This document shows positions 8,719-18,381 of a DNA stretch of 64,000 bases, one piece after another. This DNA comes from Corallochytrium limacisporum Hawaii (lineage: Eukaryota > Protista > Pluriformea): contig PDIP01000041.1 of assembly GCA_002811645.1 (NCBI GenBank), positions 24,688 through 88,687 on the forward strand, in the 5' to 3' direction. A program made the position numbers and the translations under genes. Every line of letters begins with the position of its first letter. Position 1 is the stretch's first letter. The notes below the pieces were generated by a model. The model was not told the DNA's origin. It ran no database searches and saw nothing but the letters and a program-made list of their open reading frames with translations.

Positions 8719-11700
8719 ATGACCAGCAAGAAAACTCCAGTTCAGCTGGAAAGAGTCAGGGTAGTGGCTCGCTTGAGGCCACTGTTAGAGAAGGAAAAGG
8801 TCCGTAGGAGGATCGTATGTTGTCTGGCGGACCCCGAAGCCTCTACCATTCAGCTCGGTGAAGAACGTACTTTCGCCTTTGACGGTGTCTTCAATGACGA
8901 GGGTTCTCAAGAATATGTTTATGAAACCGAGATAAGTCCCATTGTACGATCGTTTATCAAAGGGCGGAATTGTACCATTTTCGCCTATGGCCAGACCGGA
9001 TCCGGCAAAACGTATACAGTGCTAGGACCTCCGGAGCTCATCGTACGGAATCCGCCCAAGAGCCTGCAAAACAGTCCTGCGCAGGAGCGTTCGATTGCCA
9101 GAGGATCAGAATCAGGTGAAGAAAATGAGCTGGAAATGTCTAAACAGGAGCGGTCAGCGTCGGCATCGCTACTCGATGCCCAATGGCAGGCGGAGATGGG
9201 AATGCTTGGGAGAGCATTGCGGGAGGTCATGGATCTGTGTCATGATGACATGCACTTTGATGAGCTCAATGTGGACCAAGAGGCCGAAGACACTGATCAA
9301 TCTGATACGGTTGGCAAGTTGAAGCGCCAAAAGGTAAGCTTGACGCTTCACATAAGCTGTCTCGAAATCTACCAGGAGAGCTTGAGAGATCTCCTGGACC
9401 CTGCACTGGAGGAGGGAAATCTGACCAAGGGCGGTACAGGGTCACATGTTGGGTTCGGTAGTGGCACAAGTCGTCATCCTGGGTCCAAATTTCAGCATTT
9501 AGGCAGTGATGGCAAGGAACGTAATATTCGTCTCCACGAAATGCGTAATGGTGAGGTAACTGTGACAGGTGTTAGCCAACATGAGATTCGGAACTACAAA
9601 GATGCGGCTTCGATCCTGGAACGAGCCCTCCTGGCCCGTTCAACATCCTCAACAGGGATGAATGAAATGTCAAGTCGAAGTCACGGCGTGTTTATCATAA
9701 CGATGAGGAAGATAGAGCATATGAGTAACGGAGATGAGATCCATACTTCATGCAAGTTACACGTTATGGATCTTGCAGGTTCCGAGCGTCAGGCTCGGAC
9801 TGGCAATGTGGGTACTCGTTTCAAGGAATCGGTCAGCATCAACAGTGGGCTGCTGGCCCTGGGCAATGTTATCAATGCACTAGCATCAGACAGTGCAGCG
9901 GATAAGGAGAATCAGGTCAGCGGCACAGGTCGACATGTGCCTTACCGGGACTCGAAACTGACCCGCTTACTAAAAGGCAGTCTCGGTGGAGGATGTCATA
10001 CACTAATGATTGCTTGCCTCTCCCCAGCCGATGTTGACTACGAGGAAAACCTATCGACCATGAAATATGCCAGTCGGGCTCTGAGCATCAAAAATAAGGT
10101 GGTCGTGCGGTCCAAGGTCAAACGGCATATTGAGCGCAGCCCATCTTCCAAAGAGCTTGTCGACAAAGTCAAAGATGCCGCACCAAGTGCCGCATACATG
10201 GCTCGCAAACTCGGCCTGGCAGCTGCTGGTGGCGAGGGCATGGACCTTACGGATATGGAGCTCAGTGCAGAATTGCAACAGTGGCTGCAAGCAGAGGAGA
10301 ACCGGCCATTCTTGCGAGAAATCAAAGTCCGAGAAATCCGCAGTGTTAATCTGTACCGCACTGTGCAGCTGCTTGAGCGAGAGAATCAGCAACTGAGAAG
10401 CCTCGTTGAGGAGCTACAGGGCTGTGCCAACGAAACCGCAACCGAAGCAGAGACAACAGCGGTACAAAAGGAAACCAACGATGATGATCAGATCAGTGTG
10501 AATGACCGCTCTGCTGTCACCGGCACCCCTGATCTCGACGTGACCCACATCGTACATACGGAGTCCACAAATCAGTCTTTCGAGGAGCCCGAGCAGCGAC
10601 GCAAGGAAAAAACTTTCCTAATGGATAGACTGACCGCCCTAAGCCATCAGAATGCAGCCGTCTGGCGGTCGTTGCAGGCACTCTTTGGCCTGGCTCTGGA
10701 GCTCTTTCCACTCTTGCGCTCATCTGTGGACATGGAAGCAAATCCCAATCTGCACCCACAGGTTAGGGCCATGGAAGACTTTTGTATGTCACTCACCTAC
10801 GATGGGCACGAGCTGCGCACCCCGGAGGACCTTGCAACCGAGAATGCCTATGCTGATGTCATGACCTCTTCGCCGAGTGACAAGGTCCGTCCGTCCGCAG
10901 AGTTGCGGCCGACGACTTCGCCGGGCATCAACGACCGGCCAACTACGGACACGGAAGACCGCGGCACACCTACGGGTGGGCCCGCAAGCATGGACGCCCG
11001 TAGGTATCAACTCCAGATTTTTCACCTGCAGGAGGCCCTGCGAGAGGCCCATGAAGATCTGCAGCGCGATGAGGAAATCTTCGCGGACCGTCAGAAAGAC
11101 TTTGCAGAACTTCGCCGGGAGAATGAAAGACTTCAGCGTATAATTGCGGCGATGACAAACCGGCCTCCGGGCGCCATCACTCCCGGACCTAATCGCATGT
11201 CACCATTACGAGACAATCAGCGGGCCCTGGCCAGTCAGAGCGCCCCGGCGCGGCCACTGGTGGTCATGAACACGCTCGCTCGTAGAATGAGTGAGCAGCT
11301 CGAGAACAATGACGTCGTGGAATTTGACGCAAGCTTGAACCAGGACACCCTGCATCGAGCGCAGACTGCGGCTCCTGAGTATGGCCGGTCTGCCGAGGAT
11401 CCGGCTTTGGAGGTTGCGCAAGAAGTTGGGGATGAGATTGAGGACTACATGGAGCGGCGGCGCCAACTCGGCAAACTCGCCCAAGAACTGCAAGAGCGTG
11501 AGAAAATGCTGAAGCGACGCGAGCAGCTGGTCAGCGAGCGTGAGGCACTGCTACAGAAAAGTCGGGAGGTACGGAGCCAGCAGCACGATATCTCCGGTGC
11601 AGGAGCGGCAGCAGATGGGACAATACACTCGAGGAATCGACCCACGACGGCCATGGACGTTCCTCGGCCCCTCGGTAATGTCAGTGTGGACTCTGCTTTG

Positions 11701-12561
11701 GTTTGCAACAAGCACGTTGCTGGTGAAACCGATGACGATGGAGACCCTCTTGAAGGGCCCCCATTCGACGCGTCAGAGTCTGTCAATGACGCGTGTCTGC
11801 GCAAAAAGTTACATCGTCTGGTGTCTGAGCGCGACCTTCTGGCACTGCAACATGAAGGACAGATGGACCCGGAGCTGCAGGGACAGCTGCAGGACATTGA
11901 CGACGAAATAGAAGCGCTGGAAGACCACCTAAGCTTCAAAACAAAAACCATTGACCAACGCAGTCAGGTTCTGGCGATGACACAGCAGCAAACGGCGCCC
12001 AGTGCAACCCAAAGGGTGGCCCATACCACCGCCAGTGGCTCTCTGGCCAATGCTGACGTCATGCTGCACATTGACCGCATCGACGAGAAACAGGCCAAGC
12101 TCCTGCTGAAGCAGTACGTTGAAAAAGTTGTCGAACTTCGTGAGGACCGCCAGGGCCTAGAAGACCAGCTTCGGGAAGCGGAACTGCGGATTGAGGGCGC
12201 CAGACGGGACGCTGAAACTGAGAAGCGGCGTTCAGCAATTGCGCAAAAGGACCTGCAAAAGCAACAGATGGCGCAGCAAGTGCAGAATGGGTTAGATGTG
12301 GTGCACAAGATTGACAGCGACGAACAGGATCCGCAGTCCACACGACAGCACCGACCCATGACCACTGGAGCTATGGAAGTAACGGTCCAGTCTGCAGAGT
12401 ATGGACCACACTTCCAACCACAGCTGCAGGAGATGCAGAATCGCATCGCCGACTTGGAACACCAGGTCGGCCACTACCGATCCAGGACACGCGAGCTCAA
12501 ATCCAAATTGCGCGAGGTTAGGGCCTCTCAGTCAGGATCAGTGGCGCTGACGACCCGATGA
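8719..12561 (+). CDS. Kinesin-4 family motor, KIF7/KIF27 (Costal2)-like
   Basis: P-loop GQTGSGKT, switch I SSRSH, switch II DLAGSE. KIF7/27-type signatures: TGNxGxRFKES..INSGLLALGNVI, DLQRDEEIFA, IDDEIEALEDHLSFK, LLKQYVEKVVELRE. Confidence 0.88.
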   Translation: MTSKKTPVQLERVRVVARLRPLLEKEKVRRRIVCCLADPEASTIQLGEERTFAFDGVFNDEGSQEYVYETEISPIVRSFIKGRNCTIFAYGQTGSGKTYTVLGPPELIVRNPPKSLQNSPAQERSIARGSESGEENELEMSKQERSASASLLDAQWQAEMGMLGRALREVMDLCHDDMHFDELNVDQEAEDTDQSDTVGKLKRQKVSLTLHISCLEIYQESLRDLLDPALEEGNLTKGGTGSHVGFGSGTSRHPGSKFQHLGSDGKERNIRLHEMRNGEVTVTGVSQHEIRNYKDAASILERALLARSTSSTGMNEMSSRSHGVFIITMRKIEHMSNGDEIHTSCKLHVMDLAGSERQARTGNVGTRFKESVSINSGLLALGNVINALASDSAADKENQVSGTGRHVPYRDSKLTRLLKGSLGGGCHTLMIACLSPADVDYEENLSTMKYASRALSIKNKVVVRSKVKRHIERSPSSKELVDKVKDAAPSAAYMARKLGLAAAGGEGMDLTDMELSAELQQWLQAEENRPFLREIKVREIRSVNLYRTVQLLERENQQLRSLVEELQGCANETATEAETTAVQKETNDDDQISVNDRSAVTGTPDLDVTHIVHTESTNQSFEEPEQRRKEKTFLMDRLTALSHQNAAVWRSLQALFGLALELFPLLRSSVDMEANPNLHPQVRAMEDFCMSLTYDGHELRTPEDLATENAYADVMTSSPSDKVRPSAELRPTTSPGINDRPTTDTEDRGTPTGGPASMDARRYQLQIFHLQEALREAHEDLQRDEEIFADRQKDFAELRRENERLQRIIAAMTNRPPGAITPGPNRMSPLRDNQRALASQSAPARPLVVMNTLARRMSEQLENNDVVEFDASLNQDTLHRAQTAAPEYGRSAEDPALEVAQEVGDEIEDYMERRRQLGKLAQELQEREKMLKRREQLVSEREALLQKSREVRSQQHDISGAGAAADGTIHSRNRPTTAMDVPRPLGNVSVDSALVCNKHVAGETDDDGDPLEGPPFDASESVNDACLRKKLHRLVSERDLLALQHEGQMDPELQGQLQDIDDEIEALEDHLSFKTKTIDQRSQVLAMTQQQTAPSATQRVAHTTASGSLANADVMLHIDRIDEKQAKLLLKQYVEKVVELREDRQGLEDQLREAELRIEGARRDAETEKRRSAIAQKDLQKQQMAQQVQNGLDVVHKIDSDEQDPQSTRQHRPMTTGAMEVTVQSAEYGPHFQPQLQEMQNRIADLEHQVGHYRSRTRELKSKLREVRASQSGSVALTTR

Positions 12562-12689
12562 AGTGGTCATGCACAACCGACGGACATATATTACCTATGC
12601 GAAATCTCTGTATGTCTTCTACGTGAACACTACTCAAGGATTGTATTGAATTTGGTTTTACATCTACTCGTAAGATTTGTTTTTGACGC

Positions 12690-13586
12690 CTATGACGAGG
12701 AAGTGGATGGTGACGCATGTGTTTTTATCCATTTAGACAGCTCGTCTGCGAGTGCATCTAAGGAATCACTCTTTTTGAACGAATGGTCTGCACCCGCAAT
12801 GACTGTGTGTTTGGCATCTGGCAGGATGGCCAAATACTCCTCCGTATCGCTCGGAGGGATCACAGCGTCCTCACCTGCCGCAATTAACAAACAATCAACC
12901 GCCGCTTTCGCCAACGGTGCGCACGTCCGCATGTCCAGAGCCTTCTTGAATTCATAGTCTTCCTTGGTGATAGTCATGTTTACGCCTGGACGGCAGTTCT
13001 TCCATACGAAGCGATGATTCTGTGCAGGATCTTCCAGGGCAGCCAATTGCTCAGGACTGAAGCGGCCAGCCGGTGCCTTTGTCTGGTCCCAGCGAGGGGT
13101 CAGAGCAATGATAGAGCGCAGTGGCGGTGCTTGCAATTCTGTACCATAAAGGGAAGCTCCGTAGAAGAGCACATCGGAGGCGCCCTTGGAGTGTCCCAAA
13201 AGATGTATCGGATTCCACCCGAGGCTGACCAAGCCCTTGATCAGTGAGTCCACGTCCACCACTTCGACGTCGTATCGTCCATAGTAAAGTTCCCCTGTGC
13301 TGTCACCCATCCCACTGAAATCGAAACGCACGGTATTTACTGTGGGCAGGCGTTTGGCGATACCGACCATGGTACCACTGTTACGTGTACTGAGGAGACC
13401 GTGGCTGAGCACGAAGCAGTCTTTAGTGGTCGGATCCTTAACATCGATGGTTACTGCAAGCATGGCATCCGTCTTTGGATTCCGCACTTGGATGTCCAGC
13501 ACCGGCCATCCGATGCTCGTGTCGCTGTGTTCCTTGTCCTCCGGAGCGGTCCGTGGCGTTTCCGGGAGCTTGGGTACTGTGTTCAT
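12690..13586 (-). CDS. Alpha/beta hydrolase (GHSKG nucleophile elbow)
   Basis: First ATG 13586. Motifs: HG oxyanion (SHGLLS), RFDFSGMGDS, GHSKG, acid GEDAVIP, His GADHSF. Confidence 0.88.
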   Translation of the reverse strand: MNTVPKLPETPRTAPEDKEHSDTSIGWPVLDIQVRNPKTDAMLAVTIDVKDPTTKDCFVLSHGLLSTRNSGTMVGIAKRLPTVNTVRFDFSGMGDSTGELYYGRYDVEVVDVDSLIKGLVSLGWNPIHLLGHSKGASDVLFYGASLYGTELQAPPLRSIIALTPRWDQTKAPAGRFSPEQLAALEDPAQNHRFVWKNCRPGVNMTITKEDYEFKKALDMRTCAPLAKAAVDCLLIAAGEDAVIPPSDTEEYLAILPDAKHTVIAGADHSFKKSDSLDALADELSKWIKTHASPSTSSS

Positions 13587-13779
13587 GGTTACCTGATTCA
13601 CTAAACCACAACCTAGTCGTATGTGGCACTATGCCTCGCCCTTAAAGATCATACACTGCATACAATTGGTGATCAAAGTAAACTACCTTTGGATCGACTA
13701 GTTCCCCCATATACAGCGTAGTTCTTTTCCCTGAGCAACAGGCCCAGACTGTCCCGTGACGCTTGAGAGGCTGGCGGAC

Positions 13780-15420
13780 AGGGTGCGTGTGTCCCTGTCT
13801 CTGTGTGTGTGTGTGTGTGTGTGGGCCCGCCCCTTGCCCCGGGCACACAGTGGCCAAAGGCCGAGAATTTTTTTTTCCTTCTTCTCTTTTCTCCTTTCCT
13901 TTTTTCTTCTGCCCTTCACACAAGACCCGTCCCCCACCCCCGGGGAGGGGGGGTGCTCTGGGTCTCGGGCAGGAGGGGTAGGAGGGGGAACGGTTGCCCG
14001 TGGTTCTTTAATGCTTTCCCCGTGGCTCTCTCTCCTCCCCCCACCCCCCGGGGGGGGAGGCCCGCTTCGGTCGAGGAGAGAGAGGGAGGGGAGGGAGAGT
14101 ATTTTTCTTTCTTGTTTTTTTTTTTTGGGCCCCGATTTCTGGTCGTCCGTTCCACAAAGAAAAAAAAAAAGGAATATTAAAAATAAGCGGCGGTGGTGGT
14201 GTATACCTGCCCCAACTGAGACCAAGCCACCCTCCCTCCACCTCTCCCAAAAAAAATGAAATAGACAACGAAACCTCCAAGGGCCCCCGACCCGCACAGG
14301 TGGGCTAAGGACGGGAGTAGCAGAATATTTTTTACCTCTTTTTAAGTTCTTTGTTTCCTTTCGTTTTCTCACTTTCTTCTAGTGCTGCGACTTGCCACGG
14401 TGGTGTCCTGGTCCGGGGCGGCGTGTTGTGTACAAAACATTTGTCCAAGCTTTTAAGTTGTGGTGCAGAAAGGAAAAAAATCGGTTCATTTCCCATACAC
14501 AAAGGCCAAGAGAGTTCCAACCCCACCCCTTCCTTTTGTCGTTGCTCTGCCTTGTCTCTCTGTCTCTTTTTATATACATTTTCTTTCTATTTTCTTTCCC
14601 CCCCTTCGCTCTCCTCCGCCTTTGTGTGTGTTCTCTCTCCCTTGCCTCAATGCACGTGAATGGGCTTTCCCTCTTCTTTAAAAACTCATACAAACGGGTC
14701 TTCGGTGTCGGCATGCCTGCCGTAGCTGAGGGGCGGTGGCGCCTCGCGACCGGGGTTGGTTACAATACATAAAAAACAGAAAAATAAAAACTTCCCAAAT
14801 CATCAGAGCCCCCCCCGTCCCTTCGCCCCTGGGGGGGGTGGGCCCTCACCTCTCTCACTCAGTCTGGCGGAGAAAGAGAGAGAGAGCGAGAGCGATGCTG
14901 CACTCCGGCAGCGTTGAAACACACACCAAAAAAAAGAAAAGGAGAAACGGCGGTTTTCCTTTTGTCTTTTCAATTTCAAAACGATTACGAATTGTTGGTA
15001 GGGGAGGTACACCGCCGCCCGGGGCCTCCGCGCTAACGAGAGAAAGAAAAGACTGGGAGGGGAGGGAGGCCGGGAGCAGGAGGTTGAGAGAGAGAGAGAG
15101 GGAGGGTTTTGTTTCCCGTAATACCCCGCCAAGCACCAAGCACCAGCCAAAGCAGCAACCAAAAAAAAAACAAAAGGAAAAAGTTAAAAAAAAAACAGAA
15201 AGGACAGATTTAAAAAAGTCCCGGATATAAAATCCAAAACCTCTCGTCGAATACGAGCGGTTTGAACGTGCTATTTTAAAAAAAACAAATAAATAAATTT
15301 TTTTTTGGAGACTCTGACTGTTTGAGCCCCAAATACACACGACCACGGGCACGCGCCCTCGCACACAGGCGAAACAATCCCCGCCCCCCCCCCCCCGGGG
15401 GGGGGGGCCGGGGAGGGAAA
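13780..15420. repeat. Low-complexity island: (GT)n, (GA)n and long A/T/G/C homopolymers
   Basis: (TG)n at ~13803-13822, dense A8-12/T8-12 and G/C runs, C13G11 at 15384-15407. No credible ORF. Confidence 0.85.
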
Positions 15421-15631
15421 TCAATTTGACAGTCGGCAGTGTGCAGAGCTCGCCGAAGGATTTCTACTATATCACGGAGGAGCCATTCTTCGGGGAGGGC
15501 TTCCCAGTTAGCTCTCGCCTAGGCCTCGCCACTGAATGAACGGCACGGTGAAGATCGTAGGAGGACTCCTCATGGCGACCACATACGGCGATTTTATTAC
15601 AAAGGATCTCTGTATTAAGTTCCTAAGCTGA

Positions 15632-16651
15632 CTACAAGGGACGCATTGCTTCTGCAGCCTTCTCCGCCGTTATATCGCGTGAAAGGTCAGCCAAGAGCTC
15701 ATAGCCGGCCATAAACTTCTTGACTGTGGCGCTGCGCAGCAGCGGCGGGTAAAAGTGGAAGTGGAAGTGAAAAGTGCCATCCACATCGTGCACTTTAGGC
15801 GCCTGATGAATACCCATAGCATAAGGAAATCGCGTGCTGAACAATTTGTCGTACTTTTCACAAATTTCCCGTAGAAGCTGACTCAAGCTGTGAGTCTCAT
15901 CACTGGAGATGTCCTGAACATTGCCAAAGTGTCTTGTACTCATCACCAGGATCTCAAAAGGCCAGTACGCCCAGAAAGGGACCACAGCCACAAAATGCTG
16001 ATTCTGACTCACGATACGCACCTTTTCTGCGACTTCAAGTTCCATGTACGAGCACATAATACACTGTCCCCTCTCCTTGTGGTGCTTCTGGAACTGGATG
16101 ACCTCTAGATTGATCTCCTCAGGGCAGTGTTCTGTGGCCCAGATTTGACCATGAGGATGAGGATTACTGCATCCCATGACAGCGCCCTTATTCTCAAAAA
16201 TTTGCACCCAGGGATATTTCCCTTCCAAGGCCTCCGTCTCTTTCTTCCAAGTTTGAATCACCTCCCCGAGTTCCTCATCCGAAAGACTCTTGATGTCTTT
16301 ATTGTGCTGCGGGGAAAAGCAAACTACGCGACAGGTACCAGTCACTCCTTCTGCCTTTATCAGGCCATTTCGGTCATACCCAGCGCCAGCAGTATCATTG
16401 GGGATCACGGCCGCAAAGTCATTGGTAAACACAAACGTCGAGTTGTACTTTTCATTCTTCGAGCCATTAGAGCGTGTGTTTCCGGGGCAGAGGTAGCAGT
16501 TTGGGTCGTAGTCAGGGCGGTCATCGGCCTGAGTCTTCTCTTTTTGTCCTTGCCATGGCCTCTGCAGCCTGTGTGGAGAACAGAGGATCCACCTCCCGGT
16601 CAAAATATTGAGTCGTCGATGCGGCTGTGTGGTGATGTCTAAGCCAGCCAT
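15632..16651 (-). CDS. GALT: Galactose-1-phosphate uridylyltransferase
   Basis: HRRLN-LTG-W-L-SPHR--RPWQG, CYLCPGN, FENKG-MGCSNPHPHGQ (HPH active site), PPLLRSATVKKF-GYE. Confidence 0.97.
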   Translation of the reverse strand: MAGLDITTQPHRRLNILTGRWILCSPHRLQRPWQGQKEKTQADDRPDYDPNCYLCPGNTRSNGSKNEKYNSTFVFTNDFAAVIPNDTAGAGYDRNGLIKAEGVTGTCRVVCFSPQHNKDIKSLSDEELGEVIQTWKKETEALEGKYPWVQIFENKGAVMGCSNPHPHGQIWATEHCPEEINLEVIQFQKHHKERGQCIMCSYMELEVAEKVRIVSQNQHFVAVVPFWAYWPFEILVMSTRHFGNVQDISSDETHSLSQLLREICEKYDKLFSTRFPYAMGIHQAPKVHDVDGTFHFHFHFYPPLLRSATVKKFMAGYELLADLSRDITAEKAAEAMRPL

Positions 16652-18381
16652 GATGATACTACCGTGAGGACAAAAGGAATGAGTTCAATTAACTATGGAT
16701 ACAAGCCTTTATGGCTCTTTAATGTGATAGTCACCTGAGTGTTATAAGTACGTAGTCGTCGACTTCTATGAAAGCCATGAAAAGCATAAGTTTACTGTTC
16801 GACAGCCCACAAACCCGTCCCTACCCGCATTTCCTTGTCTCACAGTCGCATGGGGCTGCACAAGTAGCGCCTCAGAGTTTTGCTTCCTGGAGCAGATCGC
16901 TAATTTCTTATTGTTTCGTAATGGATTCTACACAACTCGGTTCACAACCAATTCCGGGAGCGAAGGGGAAGTGAAGGAGAGCGAATGGGAAAACATTGAA
17001 CACGGAGGGAAACCGCTACCTTGTGAAAGACTGGTCGAGGTGTGTGACATTCTGTAGCGAACCAATCGGTGGTTTCTCAGATGGGAACGCTTCGAGATTC
17101 TCTGGACACCGAAAGTGGAAGGGACCATCGCTTGCCATACCGGGAACAATCGATGTTTGTGCTGTTGTCAAAGATATGTGAATTGATCGCATAGGCTTGA
17201 ACTTCACCGTCTGCGATTCCACTCAGGCTGAACCTTCGAACCTTCTGTCAGAATATGCGACAATTGTTAGATCGTGAGCTGAACGCCGGTTCTCATGTGG
17301 CGTGACGCCGCAACAGAGTGGACATGGAACAAGAAGAGGAACATCCAGGCATGTGAGACGGTCCATTAATGCCGCTCCCCTTTGCGATGCCAGTAACTTG
17401 ATGACGCCCTCCACTGTAAGTGTGTATTTGATGTGTACTGTTCCAACAAGAAGCAACAACCACATGCTATGACTTGTCCACAAGTTAGAGGTTAGTGTGA
17501 GGTTGCCAAGATTGTTATTGAGCCAATACCTTTCAACGAATATGGTACATGATGTGACCACCGGGAACAATTCACCCGGAAGAGGAAGAGCAGTAAGTAG
17601 AACACAGGCATGCGAATGTCCCGACACTGGCTAAATGTGCATGATGGAGAATGATGTGCTATCTTACAGTTACATCCTCCTTTGACATGCATGTGAAAAT
17701 GTAGAGAGGACCCCTGGAAGCAGAGCACAGCGGTAGAACAGTTGTTGCTGCCATTCCTGAATTCGGGCGACAACAGACATCGGGGTGGTTTTGGCAACGC
17801 CCCCCTCCTGGTCGGGTCCCTTATGGAATATGGCCGAGTTTTCCCTCCCAAAAAGTCCTGCCCCTGATATTCGTTTCCCTGTTAGATAGCTGTTCCCTCC
17901 CATATGCCTCACCAGCAACAGTATGACTATTAGAAACATATCTTCTTCTTACCAGACCCTTGAATTGTTTCACCCAGGAGGGATGGAGGCTGTCAATTTC
18001 TTGGTTGGCCCCCACTGGTAGTATCCTAGTTTTGACAGAACGGAAAGACCGACGTCTACTGCTGAACGATAGGTGAGGCCCGCAAGTCTTCGGTGCTGTT
18101 TCTCACCCTTCGTGCGTTTTCTGCACCAAGGGGAAGAGTACTTTGCGCCTACCAGCCCACAGCGTCCTCACATTCATCTCACTCCCATTGTCCCCGCAGA
18201 CGTACTTGAGGCATCTAGTCCCTCGAGGTATAATTTCAACAGCTCATATTTATATTCCAAACAGTGAATCGAATAGTTAAGGACTTGATTCGCACCATAC
18301 AAGTAAATGGCGTTGTGAAATAGGACCGAACTTGAGCGTGTCGGAAAATTTGACCCTGAATTTGCAGTACTTAAGACAGCT

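Noticed and set aside
13642-15424. Many 100-220 aa ORFs in the low-complexity islands (also at 50.5-53 kb and 55.8-56.4 kb)
   Set aside because: Artefacts of stop-poor homopolymer/microsatellite DNA (poly-F/K, ER/LS repeats).
3160-16651. Invertase + GALT as a sugar gene cluster
   Set aside because: They are 11 kb apart, separated by unrelated genes, with no galK, galE or transporter.
16768-17634. 289-codon + frame interrupted only by four TGA codons (possible Sec/readthrough gene)
   Set aside because: The translation is not protein-like, there is no redox-motif context or visible SECIS, and TGA is used as a normal stop by genes in this window (LysM, RFC4, kinesin).
17150-17840. Faint Rad21/Rec8-like words (KICELI..SPSAIPLRL; PYGI) in the GALT-NCoR spacer
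   Set aside because: Too short and scattered to support a pseudogene call without an HMM search.
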